DNA of 64,000 bases, taken from contig NC_091473.1 of the NCBI RefSeq assembly GCF_036971445.1, forward strand, positions 204,414,001 to 204,478,000, written 5' to 3'. Of the stretch, positions 37,069 to 50,341 are shown piece by piece. A model generated the notes under the pieces. It did not search any database, was not told the origin of the DNA, and saw nothing but the letters and a program-made list of their open reading frames with translations. Position numbers and translations under genes: made by a program. Every line of letters begins with the position of its first letter. The stretch's first letter is position 1. The DNA is from Narcine bancroftii. Lineage: Eukaryota.

Positions 37069-40000
37069 GTGAGCACACCCTGGAAGGGAGACAGCAGGAG
37101 GTGCAGACACAGCCTGCGGGTGGGGTGGGGGGGGGGAGGTGGGGCATTTGCCTGCCTCGCTGTGCAGGGGGCTGAGCACAGAAACCAGGAGCTCATGGTA
37201 CAGGCGCCAGAGAGAGGACACCCCAACTTCCTGGACACAGGAAGGGCAGAGTGAGTTCACCGGGACATTCCCCAGGACTGGATGCGCTCTCGGGTTATTG
37301 GAGAGGGGACAGAACACAGGAGTGGCTTCTCACTGGAAGTGGATGTTTCGGATCTGAGCCCCTCATTGTGGGGGAGGGTGGTTGGGGGGTGCAGAAGGAA
37401 CGCAGGCTGCCTCGTGCCCAACCACTTCCACTCCATGCCCCATTCCCACAGCCAAACTGAGACCACCCACCCAAACTGGAGAAATAACAGGGCTCCCTCA
37501 GCTAGACAGCCATTCCTGTTCACCCCCTCCCCCCAGTATCTCCCCCTGTTCCTCTGTCTCCTCCAGCTTCCCACCCCTCACCTTCCCACTCCTACCAGAG
37601 ACCCCCCCCTCTCTCTCTCTCTACCCTCCCACCTGTAGCCACCTCTCCCTTCCCCTTCCTTCCCCCACCACCTCCGCTCCCTCCCCCCCACCTCCACACC
37701 CTCCCCCCCACCTCCACACCCTCCCCCCCACCATTTTTATTCAGGGGCCTGCCTGCTTTTTCACAAGTGGGAGGTGGGGCTGTTCCTGAAGAAAGAGGTG
37801 GAGGGAGAGAGAGAGAGAGAGAGAGGTGGAGAGGAGGAGGGAAGGGGAGCGGGAGGAGGAGACAGGCAGAGGAGAGGTGGAGGAGGAGGGAGAGAGGGAG
37901 GGAAAGAGGCATAGAGTTAGAGAGGGAGAGTGGGCAGGAGAGAGTAAGAAAGAGGAGGGGGAGAGACGGAGAAAGGGAGAGGAGGGAGGGGGAGAGATGG
38001 AGAAGAGGGGAAGAGGAAGGAGGGGGAGAAATAAAGGGAGGGGAGAGATGGTGAGAGAGGAGGGAGAGGGAGAAGAGGGGGTGAGAGAGGAGGAAGGAGG
38101 GGAGAGATGGAGAGGGGAGAGAGAAGGGAGGGGAGAGATGGAAAGGAGGGGGAGAGAGAAATAGAGGGAGAGGAGAGATAGAGGAGGGGAAGAGAGAGGA
38201 AGAGGGGTAGAGAGAGAAGGGAGGGGAGAGATGGAGAAGAGGGGGAGCGGGGGGAGAGAAATAGGGGAGAGAGATGGAGAAGAGAGAGATAGGGAGGGAG
38301 AAGGGAGGGGAGAGACAGAGAAGAGGGGGAGAGGGGGGAGAGAAATAGAGGAGAGACGGGGAAGAGAGGGGACAGAGGGAGGAGGATGGAGGGGAGCGAT
38401 GGAGAGGAGGGAGGGGACAGATGGAGAAGAGGGGAGGAGAGAGAGGAGGGAGGGGAGAGACCAAAAAGAGGGGGAGAGAGAGAGGGGAGGATGGAGGAGG
38501 AGAGAGGAAGAGAGAGGAGGGAGGGGAGAGAAGGAGAAGAGGGAGAGAGGAGGATGAAGGGGATGGAGAAGAGGGGAGAGAGAGAGGAGGAGGGAGGGGA
38601 GAGATGGAGAAGAGGGGGTGAGAAAGAGGAAGAGGGAGGAGAGAGAGTAGAGACAGAGGAGAAAAGGGGAGGGAGAGAGGGTCAGGCTTAAAATGTAGAT
38701 GTGCTGCCTGACCTTGTGTCCCTCTCTTCAAGTGGAGAGGTTTTCTCTCTCTCCTGCGCCCCCCTCCCCCCCACCTTCACGGACTCTGCTCGGCCCCCCC
38801 TTTCCCTCTCTCCCAGTGGGCAGTGTCTAGCTTTGGATTAATTTTGCTTGCTACCAAATACTTGGTATTGGCGAGCGAGGTCCTTCTGTGAGCTGTCTGG
38901 TTGTTCGGACGTGTCAAGGTCCCAGTTTATGGAGTGTGGGGAGGTGGGGGTTTACAGTGAGGAGGGTCCTTTCGCGAGCTGTCTAGCTGGTCATCTCTCA
39001 CCTTCGTGGACCCATGTAACCAGCCCGGTTTCTGGACTGTGGGGTGTCAGTGAGGAAGGAGATCAGTTTGCTCTGAGCAGGAGAGCACTGCTCTGGGGGG
39101 TGGGTCCAATGGCTGCAGGGAAGGAACCATATCTGAGACTGTGGGGGTGCGATGTAGAACATTACAGGCCCTTCAGCCCATTATGTGCTGAAACCTATCC
39201 CACAGCAATCCTTCTCTTGCACCCACCGGCCTCCATGTTCCTGCCTCCGAGTCCTTTGAATGCCTTTATGGTCCCATCCTTCACCCCTACCCCCCAGTGA
39301 GGCTTTCCCCTGTGTGGAAAAACCCACCCTGACGTCTCCCCTAACTCAGCCAAAAGATGGGCACAGAATAAGGCCATTCGACCTATTGCATGTGCTTCCC
39401 CCATTTGATCCATGGCTGATGTATTCCTCTCAACCCTTTTTTTCCAGCCATCTCCCCACAGTCTCGACACTCTTACCAATCAACAATTTCCACTTTCTAA
39501 ATTCCAGTGAGCACTGGCCCAGAGCTCCCTGTATGTTAACCATTAATCCTCCCATCCCCGGGATCATTCTTATGAACCTCTTCCGGACTCCCTCCAGTAC
39601 CTTTGACATGGCAAAGGTGGAGCGACCAATGCCTGATAAAGCCTCAGTGTTTTATCCTTGCTTGTACATTCTAGTCCTCTTTAAATGAATGGTGACACAG
39701 GATTTGCCATCCTCCCTGCCCACTCAACCCACAGGTTGTTGGTGTAGTTGTGGTTGTTGACAGGAATGGAAAGTGACAGTAGATTTAGTGGTGCACTTGG
39801 CCTCATTGGACAGAGGGTACTGAAATTCAGAGCAAGTTCATTATCATCAGGCTGTAAATCTACAACCAGACGAAACAGCATTTTCCCAGACCATGATGCT
39901 TGATATAGCACATAATAATTGTATAAATACAGTATAAAACAAACAGATATAATATTTTGGGATGATTTACTAGGCTACAGGATACTGTTCATCAATCAGA

Positions 40001-40629
40001 CATGATTTTGATGCTCCTGTACCTCCTTCCTGCTGGTAGTGGGTCAAAGATGCTGTGTCTTCGATAATCCTTTGAGCCCTCTTTCAACAACACTCCCGTT
40101 CTCAGCTACTCCCCCCCCCCCACCCCCCCACCACCGCCCCCCGGACTCTGCTTGACGTGTGTGAGCCCCCTTTCCCTGCGGAGCGGCCAAGTCCTGGCCT
40201 CTTCCATCCTGTTCTCTTACCAACTGCACCAACTGCATTTCAAAAGGTTACACGAGGGGGAAAGGAAACAAGGTTTTTACTTGAATGTGTTGCAGAACCT
40301 TCTCCCCCCCCCCCCCCCCACCGAGAGGGACCGTAGAGATTCCCCCACCCTAGAGAAAGTCTGCCCCAAACTTTCCCCCACTCACCTTAAATCTGTGTAA
40401 TTTTTAAATTTAAATGTAGACAGGCAGCATGGCCATTTTGGCTCATGTGTCCATTAACCTATACCCCCAACCCTGGTACGTTTTGAACGGTGGGAGGAAA
40501 CTGGATCCCCTCCCTGAGAAAACATACAAACTTCTTACAGACAGCGTGGGATTCGAACCCAAGTTGCTGAGGCTGTAAATGTGTGGCACTGGCTGCAAGG
40601 CCAACCATCAGACATGATGGTGTGAGTGA

Positions 40630-40900
40630 ATGTTTCTGGTGTCTCTTACTGTCATCCCGGGATACAGGTGCTGGCTGTCTGCCCTATCTCTAGTGTCTCC
40701 TACTGTTGTCCCGCAAAACAGGCGCCGGCTGTCCACCCTATCTCTGGTGTCTCCTACTGTCGTTCCGCAAAACAGGTGCCGGCTGTCCACCCTTTCTCTG
40801 GTGTCTCCTACTGTTGTCCCAGGAAACAGGTGCCAGCTGTCCACCCTTTCTCTGGTGTCTCCTACTGTTGTCCCGGGATCAAGGCGCCGGCTGTCCACCT
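40630..40900. repeat. 54-bp tandem repeat x ~5, apparently amplified from a CR1-like segment
   Basis: Unit tctctggtgtctcctactgttgtcccg.aaaacagg.gccggctgtccaccct; the minus frame reads RVDSRHLFP. Confidence 0.85.
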
Positions 40901-41199
40901 TATCTTTGCCTCTCTCTCACAATCTTGCAGACATCTATCACACCACCTCTTCTCCAAATCCCCCGGCCCTGTCTTGCTTCCTGTGGCCATGACCTCCAGT
41001 CCGGGCCATGTCCTGGTAAATCTCTTCTACATCCTTCCTGTAATGAAGTGACTAGAGCTGAATGCAATGATCCCAAGTGTGGAGTTTTACAGAGCTGCAC
41101 AGTACCTAGTGGCTCTTGGACACTGCACCCCCCCCCCTCATTTCCATCATCTCCCCATGGATTCTGCTCCTCCACCCACACTGTGTGGCTGGACTTGTA

Positions 41200-41636
41200 A
41201 ACTACAGGTGTACCATGGAGAATATTCTGGCTGGTTGCATCTCTGCCTGGTACGGAGGTGCCAACTCTCAGGTCAAGAATAAACTCCAGAGGATTGTTAA
41301 CTCGGCCTGCGACATCACAGGCACCAACGGTGTCTTAAAAAAATGGCCTCTATCCTCAAAGACCCCCACCCCCCAGGCCTTGCCCTCTTCACTCTGCTAC
41401 CATCTGGGAAAAGATACAGAAACCTTAAGATGAGCACTCAGCGGCACAAGGACAGCTTTTTCCCCGCTGCCATCAGATTCCGGAATGATCAGTGAACCAG
41501 AGACCCTGCTGCACTTTGGCTTTTGTTCACCACTGTTATTTATTGTTATGAGGTGGTTTGTATGAACGTTGGCTCTATGACGTTGCGCGAAACAATGAAT
41601 TTAGTGACTTGTCTGTGACAATAAATCCTGATTCTG
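41200..41636 (+). mobile_element. Rex1/Babar LINE 3' fragment
   Basis: YRCTMENILAGCISAWYG; 3' end aataaatcctgattctg. Confidence 0.75.
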
Positions 41637-42066
41637 GTCCTATCTCTCTTTCCCTCTCCTCATCTCTTCTCCCCTTTCACTCTCCCTCTTCCCATCTCCC
41701 CACCCCTCTCCCTCTCTCTATCATCTGCCTCCCTCCATCTCTTTCCCTCTCCCCCTATCTCCGCATCTCCCACTCTTTATCATCTATCACTCCATCTGTA
41801 GCTCTCCATCTTTGCCTTTCTCTCCCCTCCTCTCCTCCTCTCCGTGATGTACCGTAGGGGACAAGTGGGCTGAGCTGATAGTTTGGAATTCACCACAATA
41901 TTCTTGGGGTTCAGAGGGGGCTGGGATTATCAGGAGAGGCTGGGTCGGCTGGGAGGTTTCTCCCTGGAGTGTCGGAGCTCAGCATCCCACTGGGAGGGGG
42001 TGGGGCTGAAGTGCTGCTTCTGTAACTGTTCCCTGAGAGCTGCGCCCCTTGTCCGTGGCCTTGCAG

Positions 42067-42219
42067 CATGGAGTGGGCCGGAGATACGAGCTCAACGTGC
42101 TGCCAGCGAAGAGGAGCAACATGGTCAATATCGCACTGAAGGCACTGCCAGCCCCACATCTGGTCCATGCCGCCCTGCTCTCCCTCGACCGCTGTGTCCT
42201 GGGCAGGGAAGCCCTGCAG
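42067..42219 (+). CDS. FHOD-family formin FH2 exon B
   Basis: VLPAKRSNMVNIALKALPAPHLVHAALL resembles FHOD VLDPKRSNAINIGLT; phase 0-0. Confidence 0.9.
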
Positions 42220-42269
42220 GTGAGAATGGGGAGGCTTGTGGCCTTAGCCAGAGGGGCCAGGGGTCGGGA

Positions 42270-42820
42270 CAGGTGTGTTGGGGTGTGTGGGAGTGAGTGT
42301 TTCGGGGTGTGAGTCAGGGTGTGAGTGAATGTTTCGGTGTGTGAGTGTGCAGGGGTGAGGTGTTTTTCGGGGTGGGGGTGTATGACTGAGTATTTCAGTG
42401 GGAGTGTGTGTTGGGAAGTGTGTGTGTGAGTGAGTGTTTTGGGGTGTGTGAGTGTCGGGATGTGTGTGTGAGTGTGTCGGGGAGTGTGTGTTGGGGTGTG
42501 CGTCAGGGAGTGTGAGTGTGTTGGGTGTGTGTGACTATTTTGGGGTGTGTGTCAGGGTGTGTGAGTGAGTGTTTCGGGGTGAGTGTGTCAGGGTGTGTGT
42601 GTGTCAGGGTGTGTGTGTGTCAGGGTGTGTGTGTGTCAGGGTGTGTGTTTGAGTGTGTATGTCGAGGGTGTGTGTGTCAGGGTGTGTGTGTGTCAGGGTG
42701 TGTGTTTGAGTGTGTATGTCAAGTGTGTGTGTGTGTATGTGAATGTGTCAAGGTGAGTGTGTGTGTGTGTGTGATCTTTTGGGGTGTGTACATCGGGATG
42801 TGTGTGTGAGTGTGTCGGGG
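42270..42820 (+). repeat. GT-rich low-complexity/microsatellite tract
   Basis: (gt)n with cagg interruptions. Confidence 0.9.
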
Positions 42821-42892
42821 TTTGCGTCGACACGCGACGGTGTTGAGTTATGAGCTCTGACCATGCCCTTGACCCTGGCCCCTCTCCCACAG

Positions 42893-43075
42893 AGACTCCA
42901 GTCCCTTGTCCCGACAGAGGATGAGATTCGGCTGATTCGAGGGGCCCAGGCATCCCACCCGGGCCGGACCCTGGGCAGTGCCGAACAGTTCCTGCTGCGA
43001 CTGTTCTCGGTCCCTCAACTCCATGCCAGGCTCAGCTTATGGGTCTTCACCCTCGACTACGACAGCAGAGAGAAG
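42893..43075 (+). CDS. FHOD-family formin FH2 exon C
   Basis: PTEDEIRLIRGAQ...LGSAEQFLL...ARLSLWVFTLDYDSREK; phase 0-0. Confidence 0.92.
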
Positions 43076-43374
43076 GTGAAGGGAATGGGGAGGGGGTTAC
43101 GGAGAGGGGGGTGGGTGTTGACAGTGAGCGGTGTGGGGGGTGACAGTGAGGAGTGTGGGTGTGACGGTGTGGGGGTGATGGTGAGGGGTGTGTGGGGTGA
43201 CGGTGAGGGGTGTGGGGGTGACGGTGTTGGGGGTGACGGTGAGGGGTGTGGGGGCTGACGGTGAGGGTTATGGGGGACACAGTGAGGGGTGTGGTGGACA
43301 AGGTGAAGGGTGTGGTGGACAAGATGAGGGGTGTATTGGAAGTGATATTGCCCCCCTCTTCCTCCTCCATGCAG

Positions 43375-43494
43375 GAGATTGCGGAACCTCTCTTTGACCT
43401 CAAGCTCGGTATGGAGCAGTTGGCTGGGAACAAAACCTTCCACTGTGTTCTTGCTACCCTGCTGGCAATCGGGAATTTCCTCAATGGTGTCAAC
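43375..43494 (+). CDS. FHOD-family formin FH2 exon D
   Basis: [16 protein letters not shown]...[13 protein letters not shown] (FH2 GNxxN motif, FHOD-type). Confidence 0.95.
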
Positions 43495-43726
43495 GTGAGT
43501 TTCTTATCCCGTCATACACTCCCGGGGACGGACACAGAGTGAAGCTCCCTCCACACCGTCCCCTCACACACTCCCGGGGACAGACACAGAGTGAAACTCC
43601 CTCAACACTGTCCCCTCACACACTCCCGGGTACGGATATAGAGTGAAGCTCCCTCCGCACCGTCCCCTCACACACTCCCGGGTACGGATATAGAGTGAAA
43701 CTCCCTCAACACCGTCCCCTCACGTT

Positions 43727-46700
43727 GGGAGTCACATGATGGAGTAGTGGCTGGTCGGGGAACTCCAGCCCTCTCCGGAAAAGTTTAAAAAAAACACACA
43801 AAACACAAAGGCACAAACATAAAAATTAAAATAAAGTGAAAGTAAAGGTGGGAAGAAAATGGCAGCGAAGAAAGAAAAGTCGAAAGCAACGGGAAGAAGA
43901 GAAGAAGAAAGAACGTCGGAAGAAGAAGGTGAAGGCCTTACCTGTCCGAGGAGGCCCACTGTGGAGAGAGAAGCCCGCTCCCTAAGGTCAGTTAGTCCTC
44001 GGGACTACAAAAATGGCTCGCGGAGCCAAGTAAAAGTGCGCGATGCGCATGACAAAAAAAACACTGACGGGAGGGGGGACCAGCTGAGGAGTCGATCTCC
44101 ACAGCTGAGAATGACAGCTACAACACAACAACAGGAAGAGAACATAGAAAACAATGAGAACAAGAAAGAAGAGAGCAAAAAGAAAACAAGGAAACAACAG
44201 ATGACCAACCCAGAGGAAGAAGAAGAACATAGAGAAATGGAAAAAGAAGGGAAAGGCAAGACAATGGATATATTTTTTTTAAAGAATATATGGAATCAGT
44301 AAAAGAATGGCAATTACAAGAATTTAGTGAAATAAAAAGAAGAATTAAAAGTACAGAAGAAAAAATGAATAGATTAGAGATGGTCATGTCAGATATAGGA
44401 AAAAGAGTGGACAAGGTGGAAGAACGAGAAACAGCCATAGAAATGGAAGTAGAGGACTTAAAAAAGAAATTAGAAGAATCTAATCAAAAAGTTAAAGAGA
44501 CACAAGAGCTGTTAGCTCAGAAGATCGATATAATGGAAAATTATAATAGAAGAAATAATATAAAGATAGTGGGCCTGAAGGAAGATGAAGAAGGCAAGAA
44601 TATGAGAGAATTTATAAAAGATTGGATCCCCAGGGTCCTAGGAAGACCAGAATTACAGGAAGAAATGGAAATAGAAAGGGCACATAGAACATTAGCCCCT
44701 AAACCACAGCCACAACAAAAACCATGATCCATTTTAGTAAAATTCTTAAGATATACAACAAGAGAAAATATTTTGGAGAAAGCAATGAAGAAAATAAGAG
44801 AGACAAAAAGTCACTGGAATACAAAGGTCAAAAAATTTTTTTCTATCCAGATATAAGTTTTGAACTCCTGAAGAAGAGAAAGGAGTTTAATACAGCAAAA
44901 GCGATCCTATGGAAAAAAGGATATAAATTTATGCTAAAGTACCCAGCGGTATTTAAAATAGTTATTCCAGGACAGCAAAACAGACTATTCTCGGATCCGG
45001 AGGAAGCACGAAAATTTGCAGAACAACTACAAAACAGACAGAGAGATGAAGACATGTAATGAGAGTAAAAATGACCACGAACTATATGTATGTGTGTATA
45101 TGGGTATATATATATATATATGTGTGTGTATGTATATATGTGTGTACATGAGTGTATCCGTATTTAAAGGATCCGTATTTGTATATATATGAAAATTAAA
45201 ATCTTTTCTGGGGGGGGCTGAGTGGGGAGGAGTTACGGTCACTGCGAAATAATTTGACGCTTGCGAGTGAATTCCCAAATCCAAATGGAGAGGGGAGATG
45301 GTTGCCCGACAAGGGATAAAGGGCAACTCAGGAAGGGGAGGGAATAATGGGGTTAAAGAAATTTTAGATAGGAGAATAAGGGAAATGTTTGATGTTTTAG
45401 AAATGTTGTCTTATAAAGTGTTCAAAACAAGAAAGCAGAAATGGATAAGAAGGAAAGGTGATGATGAGGAAAACGGAAAGGAAAGATAAACAAAGTATGA
45501 AATGGTTACGTTGAATTATATGACTTTAAATATTAACGGAATACATAACCAAATCAAAAGGAAGAAACTGCTAAATTTACTGAAAAAAGAAAAAATTGAT
45601 ATAGCATTCGTGCAAGAAACACATTTAACAGAAATGGAGCACAAGAAATTAAAGAGAGATTGGGTAGGACATGTAACAGCAGCGTCATATAATTCAAAAG
45701 CTAGAGGAGTAGCAATATTAATCAGTAAAAATGTACCAATTAAAATAGAAGAGGAAATAATAGATCCAGCAGGGAGATATGTAATGATAAAATGTCAGAT
45801 AATCAGAGTTTTGGAATTTACTCAATGTATATTCATCTAACGAAAAAGATCAAAAATTTATGCAAGATATTTTTTTGAAGATAGCAGACACGCAAGGGAA
45901 CATACTAATAGGAGGGGATTTCAACCTTAATTTGGATTCAAACATGGATAAAACTGGGAAAAAAATTAACAGAAAGAACAAAGTAACCAAATTTATAATT
46001 AAATCGATGCAAGAAATGCAACTTTTGGATATATGGAGGAAACAACACCCAAAGGAAAAGGAATATTCATATTATTCAGGTAGACATAAAACATACTCAA
46101 GAATAGACCTATTCCTGTTATCAGCTCGTATGCAAGATAGAGTAAGAAAAACAGAATATAAAGCTAGAATATTATCGGACCACTCACCCCTGATATTGAC
46201 AATAGAGTTAGAGGACATCCCTCCAAGAATGTATAGATGGAGATTAAACTCCATGCTACTTAAAAGGCAGGATCATTGAAAGACAAATTAAAATGTACTT
46301 TGAAATAAATACGGAATCAGTGAAAGATAAGTTTATACTATGGGACGCAATGAAAGCGTTCATCAGAGGGCAAATAATAAGTTATGTAACCAAGATGAAG
46401 AAGGACTACAATCAGGAAACAGAGCAGTTGGAAAGGGAAATAGTAAATATAGAAAAAGAATTAGCAATGAAGGAAGACACAACTAAAAGAAGAGAATTGG
46501 CAGATTAAAAAAAATAAAATATGAAACACTACAAACATAAAAGATGGAGAAGAACATAATGAAGACAAAACAGAAATATTATGAACTAGGAGAAAAAACG
46601 CACAAAATTCTTGCATGGCAGCTTAAGACAGAACAAAGTAAGAGAATGGTATTGGCATCAGTGAAAAAAGACAAACAAATCACATATAATCCAACGGAGA

Positions 46701-49506
46701 TTAATGAAAACTTCAGAGAATTTTATGAACAATTATACCAAATTGAAAACGAAGGGAAAGAAGACAAAATAGATGAATTTTTAACTAAAATTGAACTACC
46801 AAAATTACAAATAGAGGAACAAAACAAATTAACAGAACCATTTGAAATAGTAGAAATACAAGAGATAATAAAAAAACTACCAAATTATAAAACACCAGGA
46901 GAGGATGGATTCCCAATAGAATTCTATAAAACATTTAAAGATTTATTAAATCCTCTCCTCCTGGAAGTAATCAACCAGATTGATAAAACACAAAGCTTAC
47001 CAGATTCTAGGAAAACAGCAATAATTACAGTAATACCAAAGACAGGGAAAGATCCACTCACACCAGCGTCATATAGACCAATATCTTTACTTAACACAGA
47101 TTATAAGATAATAGCTAAACTATTAGCAAACAGATTGGCCGACTATGTACCAAAAATGGTAAATCTAGATCAAACTGGATTTATTAAAAAAAGACGAACA
47201 ACAGACAATATTTGTAAATTTATTAACTTAATTCATGCAGGAAATAAAGCTCCAACTGTAGCAGTTGCTTTATACGCAGAGAAGGCCTTTGACAGAGTAG
47301 AATGGAATTATTTATTCAAAGTATTACAAAAATTCAGTTTACTAGAGAAGTATATTAATTGGATTAAAGCATTATATAAGGGGCCATTGGCGAAAGTGAC
47401 AGTAAATGGATATATATCAAAGCAATTTAACTTAAGCAGATCAACAAGGCTGGGATGCCCACTATCACCCTTATTGATCATGTTAGCTATAGAACCACTA
47501 GCAGAATTGATAAGAACAGAAAGTAAAATAAAAGGGATAAAAATAAAAGACAAGGAATATAAAATCAGTTTATTTGCAGATGACGTTATAGTATACTTAA
47601 CAGAACTGGAAATATCAATAAAAGAATTACATAAGAAATTGAAGGAATATGGAGAAGTGTCGGGTTACAAGATTAACGCAAATAAAAGTGAAGCAATGCC
47701 AATGAATAATGCGGATTTCTCAAAATTTAAGAAAGAATCACCATTCAGATGGCAAACGCAAGCAATGTGATATCGAGGTATACAAATAAATAAAAACCTC
47801 GGCCATCTATATAAACTCAATTATTATCCGCGAATGAAAAAATTACAGGACAACTTAGAGCATTGGAAAGATTTACCACTAACACTAATAGGAAGGATAA
47901 ACTGTATTAAAATGAGCATTTTCCTAAGGATGCAATACCTATTTCTGGCATTGCCAATACACTTGACGGAGAAATTCTTCAAGGAGTTAAAGAAAATAAT
48001 AAGGAAATTTTTATGGAAAGGGGGAAAACCGAGGATAGCACTAGATAAATTAACAGAATGGTATAAACAAGGAGGCTTACAATTGCCAAACTTTAAAAAT
48101 TATTATAGAGCTGCACAATTAAGATACCTATCAGATATTTATCAAACAAGGGAAAAGCCAGATTGGACTAGATTAGAACTAGATAAAATAAGGGAGAAGA
48201 TACCTGAACATATATTATATAAATGGGATGAAAAATTGGTACAACGTAGGAATTCTCCAGTATTACATCATCTGCTCAATATTTGGAAGAAGATTCATGT
48301 AGAAAGGAATAAAACAAATTACCAATTACCAAAACTAATACTGACGCAATCAGCTAATCCCTTTTACAATAGATAACCTTTCCTTTAGAGAATGGGAGAA
48401 AAAAGGGATCAAAAGAATAGAAAATTGCTTTTCAGGAAATAAATTATTATCCTTTGAACAAATGAAGGATAAATATAATATAACTCAAGATACAGTGTTG
48501 GCATACTACCAACTGAAATCCTACTTGAAGGATAAATTGGGAAGCAGTCTGAGGTTACCAGAGGGAAGTAATTTTGAATATGTGACTACAAACACAATGA
48601 TAATCAAAACATTTATTACAAAAATGTATATTAAACTGCAAGAAAAGGAGAATGAGGAAACAAATGGTAAAACTAAACAAAAATGGGAACAAGATTTAAA
48701 TATAAAGATTAAAAAGAAACATGGGAGAAGTTATGCTCTGGAACTATGAGAAATACAATAAACACGAGGCTACGTATGATACAATATAACTGGATACACA
48801 GGCTATACATTACACCTCAAAAGTTAAATAAATGGGACCCAACAGTATCTGACATGTTTTCGTTGTAAAAAGGAAATGGGAACAACGATTCATGCAATCT
48901 GGACGTGTGAGAAAATGAAAAAATTTTGGGAAGATCTAAACCAGATATTAAATAAAATCACAGAAAGCAATATACCAAAAAACCCAGAGATCTTCCTCCT
49001 AATTAACATAAAAAACAAAGAATTTGGACTTGATTTGGATGGTGCACAAAAAAGATTTGTTCGGATAGCCCTAGCTGAAGCAAAAAAATGTATTATGTCA
49101 GCCTGGAAATTAGAAGATAACTTGAGAATACAACAATGGTATATACCATATATAACATATAATTTAAGAAATAATTTTGAAATATTTGAACAAATATGGG
49201 AGCCATACATGAAACACAATAGAGAAAACCTACCGGGGACATCTACCACCTAAAATGACAGAAGGAGAAGGAAATGAAAAGCATTGACTCAGTGGAATTT
49301 CTTGTTTATTTTTATTGAGTGACAACATTGTTTGACGGGTTTAATGTATTTTAGATTCTGTACTTTAAATGAATGGGAGGGGAGGTAGGTAGGGAGGGTG
49401 GGATGGGAAGGGGGGGAGAAAACGACACTGTATATATTTGAAAACAAAAATGTATGTATCTTGATCAATGTGGTTTATAGTGTGAAAAATAAAATTAAAA
49501 AAAAAA
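43727..49506 (+). mobile_element. Full-length L1 LINE (sense to the formin), ORF1 and ORF2 disrupted, poly(A) tail, 16-bp TSD
   Basis: 5' gggagtcacatgatgg; ORF1 pieces 43859-45059 (NYNRRNNIKIVG); ORF2 pieces 45502-49253 (APE, FADD); AATAAA at 49488; TSD aacaccgtcccctcac at 43708-43723 and 49507-49522. Confidence 0.95.
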
Positions 49507-49899
49507 AACACCGTCCCCTCACACACTCCCGGGTACGGACATAGAGTGAAGCTCCCTCCACACCATCCCCTCACACACTCCGGGTCAGATACAGAGTGAA
49601 ACTCCCTCTGCACCGTCCCCTCACACTCCTGGGGACAGACACAGAATGAAGCTCCCTCCGCACCGTCCCCTCACACACTCCAGGGGACAGGGTCAGAATG
49701 AAGCTTTCCATGAGGATGTTTACAGGGGTAGAGCATTCCAGTAATAAGGAGATGGATGGTGGTCTTTGGAATGAGTATGGGCTGCTGCTATCGGTTGGAG
49801 AGGTGTTTGGTAAACTTGCAGGGGTATGGGCATGTGGGTAGTCTGGCCGTGGGAAGAGGTGGTCTGTGGGGTTGGGAGTAGGTGAGATGGTCATGTATG

Positions 49900-50290
49900 G
49901 ATGGTGTGCTGGATGAGGGGAGTGGTGGTCTGTCCATTGGAGTGGAGGAGGGGTGGTCTGTCCATGGGAGTGAGGAAGGGTGGTTTGTCCCTGAGAGTGA
50001 GGGAGGGAGGCCTGTCCCTGGGAATGAGGGAGGGTGGTCTGTCCCTGGGAGAGAGGGAGGGTTGTCTCTTCCTGGGAGTGAGTGTGAGTGGTCTGTTCCT
50101 GGGAGTGGGGAAGGGTTGTCATTCCCTGGAAGTGAGAGAGGGTGTTCTGTCTTTGGGAGTGGGGGAGGTTGATCCGTCTCTGGGAGTGAGGGAGGGTGGT
50201 CCGTCCCTGGGAGTGGGGTAAGGTGGCCTGTCCGTGAGAGTGAAGGATGGTGGTCTGTCTCTGGGAATGAGGGAGGGTTGTCTGTGGGTT
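49900..50290 (+). repeat. Degenerate ~28-30-bp tandem repeat (gggagtgagggagggtggtctgtccct)
   Basis: Directly visible upstream of exon E. Confidence 0.75.
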
Positions 50291-50341
50291 GTGGTGGGCT
50301 GTTACCTTGCTGTGCTGATCGCTGTACTGTCTCCCCTACAG

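Noticed and set aside
34881-38731. Long Leu/Pro/Ser-rich and Glu/Gly/Arg-rich ORFs
   Set aside because: Polypurine/polypyrimidine low-complexity translation
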